Origin: Candidatus Parvarchaeum acidophilus ARMAN-5
Lineage (GTDB): Archaea > Nanobdellota > Nanobdellia > Parvarchaeales > Parvarchaeaceae
NCBI GenBank assembly: GCA_002412085.1
Contig: GG745553.1
Span: 1 to 53,394, forward strand
Reading direction: 5' to 3'
DNA: 53,394 nucleotides
Within the stretch, counting starts at the first letter, position 1. Each line of letters begins with the position of its first letter. Below the pieces are notes generated by a model, which made no database searches, was not told the origin of the DNA, and was given only the letters and a program-made list of their open reading frames with translations. The position numbers were made by a program, and so were the translations under genes. This document shows, in pieces, positions 49,370 through 53,394 of this stretch.

Positions 49370-49663
49370 ATGAAAAAAACTGGTTGTGACATGAGAGGTA
49401 TGCTTTCTTTCCAGATTTTAAGCATGCTGAAGAAAAATGATTTGTGTGGAGAAGAACTTGCAAAGAAAATAGAAAAATATAGAGGTAAAAAGCCTGTTGC
49501 TAGCACAATATATCCAGCACTAAAAAGATTATCCAAGGCTGGTTTAATAATTGGAAAAAGAAAAGGCAAGAGAAAAGTTTATTCTATTACAAAAAGAGGT
49601 TTGTCCGAAGAAAAAAGAGCTCTTGAATATTTTGAAAGATTATACGCCGAAATTAAAAATTGA
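49370..49663 (+). CDS. PadR-family transcriptional regulator
   Basis: RGMLSFQIL, TIYPALKRL and RKVYSITKRG motifs. Confidence 0.92.
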   Translation: MKKTGCDMRGMLSFQILSMLKKNDLCGEELAKKIEKYRGKKPVASTIYPALKRLSKAGLIIGKRKGKRKVYSITKRGLSEEKRALEYFERLYAEIKN

Positions 49664-49668
49664 GGGGG

Positions 49669-49700
49669 AACGGGGGCTTTTAACCCCCCGTTTTATTTTT
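49669..49700. terminator. GC-rich hairpin between the convergent padR and ftsZ genes
   Basis: AACGGGGG (49669-49676) pairs with CCCCCGTT (49685-49692), followed by a T-run on +. Confidence 0.6.
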
Positions 49701-49746
49701 CGAGGAATTTTTGAAAATATAAAATGGCCCTAATCGGGCCAAAAAT

Positions 49747-50832
49747 TTACTTTAATATTTCTATCCCTAACTCCTGGTTTATAGCACCAGTAGTTTTAGA
49801 TAGTGTGTTGAGTTCTTCTGGTCCCAAAAGGTATGGCGAACTTACACCGGTTATTATCGTCATAACCCTAAGTTTTCCAGATAGAGATTCATCAACTTTT
49901 GCACCCCATATGACTACTGCGTCTGGGTCCAAAGATTGAGTTGCCATTTCACCAATCTGATTTACCTCTGCTAGAGTAAGATCAGGTCCACCAGAAATGT
50001 GTATTAACGCACCTTTGGCTCCTTTGTAACTTACGTCAAGAAGAGGATTGTTTAAAGCTCTTCTAACAACTTCCGTTACCCTAGAGTCAGATGCATCTGT
50101 CTCTCCTATTCCTATAACTGATACCCCTCCTTTATTCATTATTGCCTTTATATCTGCAAAGTCAAGATGAACAAGGGCACTGGCATCTGATATAGTCTCA
50201 ACTATACCTTTTATCATAGTAGCAACTACTTCATTTGCCACATTAAATGCCTGGTCGATTGGAAGATTACCAGCCATGCTAACAAGTCTGTTGTTATCTA
50301 TTACGATAACCGTATCAGAATTGTTTCTAAGCTGTTCCAAACCAGATTCAGCCGATTCCACTCTTTTTCTTTCGGTCTTAAAAGGCATTGTTACGGTACT
50401 TATTACTATGGCACCCATATCTTTTGCAAGTTTAGCGATTACTGGTGCAGCTCCTGTACCTGTTCCACCGCCCATACCTGCACATACAAAAACAAGGTCC
50501 GCACCTCTAAGAGCATCTTTTAAATCCCTAGATGACTCCTCTGCGGCCATTTTCCCTTTTTCAGGAAAACCTCCTGCACCAAGCCCTTTAGTTAATTCTT
50601 TTCCTATAAGGATTTTTTTATCACCGTTTCTTGCATTTAATTGTATCTGATCAGTGTTAGCGAGAACTACTTCTGCGCCTTTGACTCCTTTCTTAAAGAG
50701 CCAATTGCCCATGTTGTTTCCTCCCCCACCTACTCCTATTACTTTTATAAGAGCCTGGTTAAATAATGGCTCATCCATACTGTTTTCCCTACTAGCTTTT
50801 AGTGCGCTTTCAACAAGCAAATCCATTACCAT
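49747..50832 (-). CDS. ftsZ: Cell division protein FtsZ (second paralog, probably FtsZ2)
   Basis: GVGGGGNN, GMGGGTGTG, IDNNRL and LDFAD motifs; SD GGAGG at 50839-50843. Confidence 0.98.
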   Translation of the reverse strand: MVMDLLVESALKASRENSMDEPLFNQALIKVIGVGGGGNNMGNWLFKKGVKGAEVVLANTDQIQLNARNGDKKILIGKELTKGLGAGGFPEKGKMAAEESSRDLKDALRGADLVFVCAGMGGGTGTGAAPVIAKLAKDMGAIVISTVTMPFKTERKRVESAESGLEQLRNNSDTVIVIDNNRLVSMAGNLPIDQAFNVANEVVATMIKGIVETISDASALVHLDFADIKAIMNKGGVSVIGIGETDASDSRVTEVVRRALNNPLLDVSYKGAKGALIHISGGPDLTLAEVNQIGEMATQSLDPDAVVIWGAKVDESLSGKLRVMTIITGVSSPYLLGPEELNTLSKTTGAINQELGIEILK

Positions 50833-51091
50833 TTTATTCCTCCATTCATGTTAGAAACAAAAGCGAAAGCTTTATATTCCCGACATGCATTATTTTATTA
50901 AGAAAAACAAGTAAGTGACCCAACTTACAACGTTACGATTAAAGTTTGAATGTTCCCCAACATTCAAATTTATTTTATTTATTTAAACACTACTTATAGT
51001 TATTGTTCATTTAAAAAGTTTATTGTAATAAAGTATACATTCTTTCTATAGATGGAAAAAGTTAAAACGTGATATATACACATATATTATA

Positions 51092-52390
51092 ATGGATAAA
51101 CGAAAGATTACTCCGGAAAATCTTACATTTGGTGATTTTATAAGTATTGATATAAGCGGACAGGAATTTCACGGCGAATTCATAAAATCCGATAATGGTC
51201 TTATAGTTGTAAAACTTAAATCTGGATATGATATTGCACTCCCTTACAAGGAAATAAATTCTATTTCTATAATCGAAAAAAATGAAATAAAAGATGAAAC
51301 CAAAAAGGAAGAGAAAATCAAAACTGTAGAAAAAGCAGACATAACTATAATAACAACTGGTGGCACGATATCATCCAAAATAGATTATAAGACGGGAGGA
51401 GTATCTCCCTCCGTGGAGAGTGATTATTACTTTAAGATTTCTCCTGATTTGAACAAACAAGGTAAAATAGAGATCTTTAACTTGATGAGTAAACTATCCG
51501 AGAACATGTTACCCTCTGATTGGTTAGAAATAGCAAAAGCTGCATATTCATCTATAAATAAAGGAAGTAGGGGTATAGTTGTAACCAGCGGTACAGATAC
51601 TATGCATTTCGCTGCTTCGGCAATATCCTTTCTACTTAACCCTCTTTCTATACCAGTTGTATTCACGGGCTCTCAAAGAAGTACAGATAGAGGTTCAACT
51701 GATGCTTCTACAAACTTATTATTATCTGCTATAACAGCAAGAGATTTTGATGCTGGCGAGTCTGTAATATGTATGCATGCCAATCTAAATGATAAATATA
51801 ATAATATATTACGTGGTAATAAAGCAAGAAAAATGCATACTGAGAGGAGAGATGCTTTTAGACCTATAAATATAGCGCCATTGGCAAAAGTATACTCAAA
51901 TGGTAAATTTTCTGATATCTTAAGCGAAAGAATAAAACGCGCAGAAGAAACTAAATTAACGGATAAAATAGACCAAAAAGTTAAATTAATATATGGCTAC
52001 CCTTCAATGGGAGGAGACATAATAGAATATTATACAGAAAAAAATATTCATGGTTTAGTTATATCTGGGACTGGATTTGGAAACCTTCCACTTGATGATA
52101 AAACGGTTGTATCTGCATTAAAAAAGGCAGAAAATAATGGTATTCCTATAACTATAACTTCCCAAGCTATATACGGCGCGACTAATAAATTTGTTTATAG
52201 CACGTTAAGAGAAATATCCAAATTTGAAAACATAATATACGTTGGAGATATGACTACTGAAACAGCATTTGTAAAAATGATGTTCGCTCTTGGCAAATCA
52301 AAAAAGATTGAAGAAATAAAAAATATAATGACAAGCAACTTGGCAGGTGAGATAAAAAACAGAAGTAAAGTAGAGGAATTTCTATTATGA
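51092..52390 (+). CDS. gatD: Glu-tRNA(Gln) amidotransferase subunit D
   Basis: KLKSGYDI N-domain, TGGTISS, GTDT, GSQRSTDR and RKMHTERRDAF motifs. Confidence 0.97.
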   Translation: MDKRKITPENLTFGDFISIDISGQEFHGEFIKSDNGLIVVKLKSGYDIALPYKEINSISIIEKNEIKDETKKEEKIKTVEKADITIITTGGTISSKIDYKTGGVSPSVESDYYFKISPDLNKQGKIEIFNLMSKLSENMLPSDWLEIAKAAYSSINKGSRGIVVTSGTDTMHFAASAISFLLNPLSIPVVFTGSQRSTDRGSTDASTNLLLSAITARDFDAGESVICMHANLNDKYNNILRGNKARKMHTERRDAFRPINIAPLAKVYSNGKFSDILSERIKRAEETKLTDKIDQKVKLIYGYPSMGGDIIEYYTEKNIHGLVISGTGFGNLPLDDKTVVSALKKAENNGIPITITSQAIYGATNKFVYSTLREISKFENIIYVGDMTTETAFVKMMFALGKSKKIEEIKNIMTSNLAGEIKNRSKVEEFLL

Positions 52391-53394
52391 AAATAAAATG
52401 CGGGTTTGAATGGCATGTACAGATAGATTCGGGAAAGTTATTTTGTCGATGCGAATCTGAGATAAAAGAAAACAAAGATTTTAAGGAGATAGAAAGATAC
52501 ATAAGACCTTCGTTTGGTGAGACTGGAAAAATAGACGCAAGCGCCGAATTTGAAGGACAGAAAATGAAAACTATAGTATACAAATTATTCGATGATACTG
52601 ATTGTTTAGTCGATATAGATGAAGAACCACCACATGAAATTGATAATAAAGCTCTTTCTGTAGGCGTCGAAATGTCTTATGCACTTAATTCTTATTTACT
52701 TAAAAACCTTATTTTTATGAGAAAAACTATAGCAGATGGATCAAATACAACAGGTTTCCAAAGAACAGCCGTGTTGGCGTTAAATGGGGCTTTTAAATTC
52801 AAAGATAAAACTATAACAATCGATACTATATCACTCGAGGAAGACTCTGCGAGAAAAGATAGCGAAGATGAAAACAAAGCAGTATATTTCCTTGATAGAA
52901 TAGGTATACCTCTAATAGAGATAGCTACGGGCATAATAGAAACTGACGAGAATGAAGCTAAAGAAATAGCTATGGAATTTGGTAAGTTTACCCGCCTTTT
53001 CAGCGTAAAACGTGGTATAGGTACCATAAGACAAGATGTAAATTTATCAATAGAAGGTGGAAAAAGAGTAGAATTAAAAGGATTTCAAAACATAAGAGAA
53101 ATGGATAAGGTTATACTAAACGAAGCCGAAAGACAGAAAAACCTAATAAAAATGAAAGAAAACTTTTCTTATTTGATAGATAACCTAAGCAAAGATGCAT
53201 ATAGTGTAAAAGAAATATTATCACACTCAGATTCAAACTTGGCAATAAATGCCATAAAAGAAGGTAAAGAGATAATTGGCATGCCCCTCCCAGGCTTCAA
53301 ACGGAGTCCTTGGTAGTTATTTATGTGAAGGAAAGCGTTTCGGAGCCGAAATAAGCACTATCTAGGATATTAATATAAACAAGGATAAAAACTT
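52387..53394 (+). CDS. gatE: Glu-tRNA(Gln) amidotransferase subunit E, partial, with apparent frameshift(s) near the window end
   Basis: KCGFEWHVQ, KLFCRC, DGSNTTGFQRT, LEEDS, RGIGTIRQD; homology continues in the +1 frame after 53302 (GVLGSYLCEGKRFGAEIS). Confidence 0.93.

Overview
AT-rich archaeal chromosomal window. Alba, aIF2-gamma, rpS6e, GatDE, Dph2, two FtsZ paralogs, a class III signal peptide and many TATA-led leaderless genes show it is archaeal. The gene style and Thermoplasma/Sulfolobus-like sugar genes suggest an acidophilic DPANN lineage such as Parvarchaeota (inference). Layout: (1) 1-3.5 kb, a visibly higher-GC block of small and hypothetical genes; (2) 3.8-18.6 kb, an accessory surface/stress region with two pairs of paralogous membrane-anchored proteins, a 1213-aa pilin-signal adhesin with tandem repeats, msrA, a sulfite-oxidase-like enzyme, and an exactly duplicated 295-bp promoter plus C2H2 zinc-finger gene; (3) 22-32 kb, an alpha-glucoside/trehalose cluster (GH31, ABC transporter, GH15, ADH); (4) 33-53 kb, core genes and two tRNAs. 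Most notable: a sugar-binding protein whose segments appear reordered (B-A-C) relative to homologs, a divergent aIF2-gamma with a single in-frame TAG, an unannotated 27-aa Cys-rich peptide, and modular or mosaic surface proteins. No CRISPR array, rRNA, transposase, integrase or reverse transcriptase was seen. Homology calls come from recalled motifs; no searches were run.
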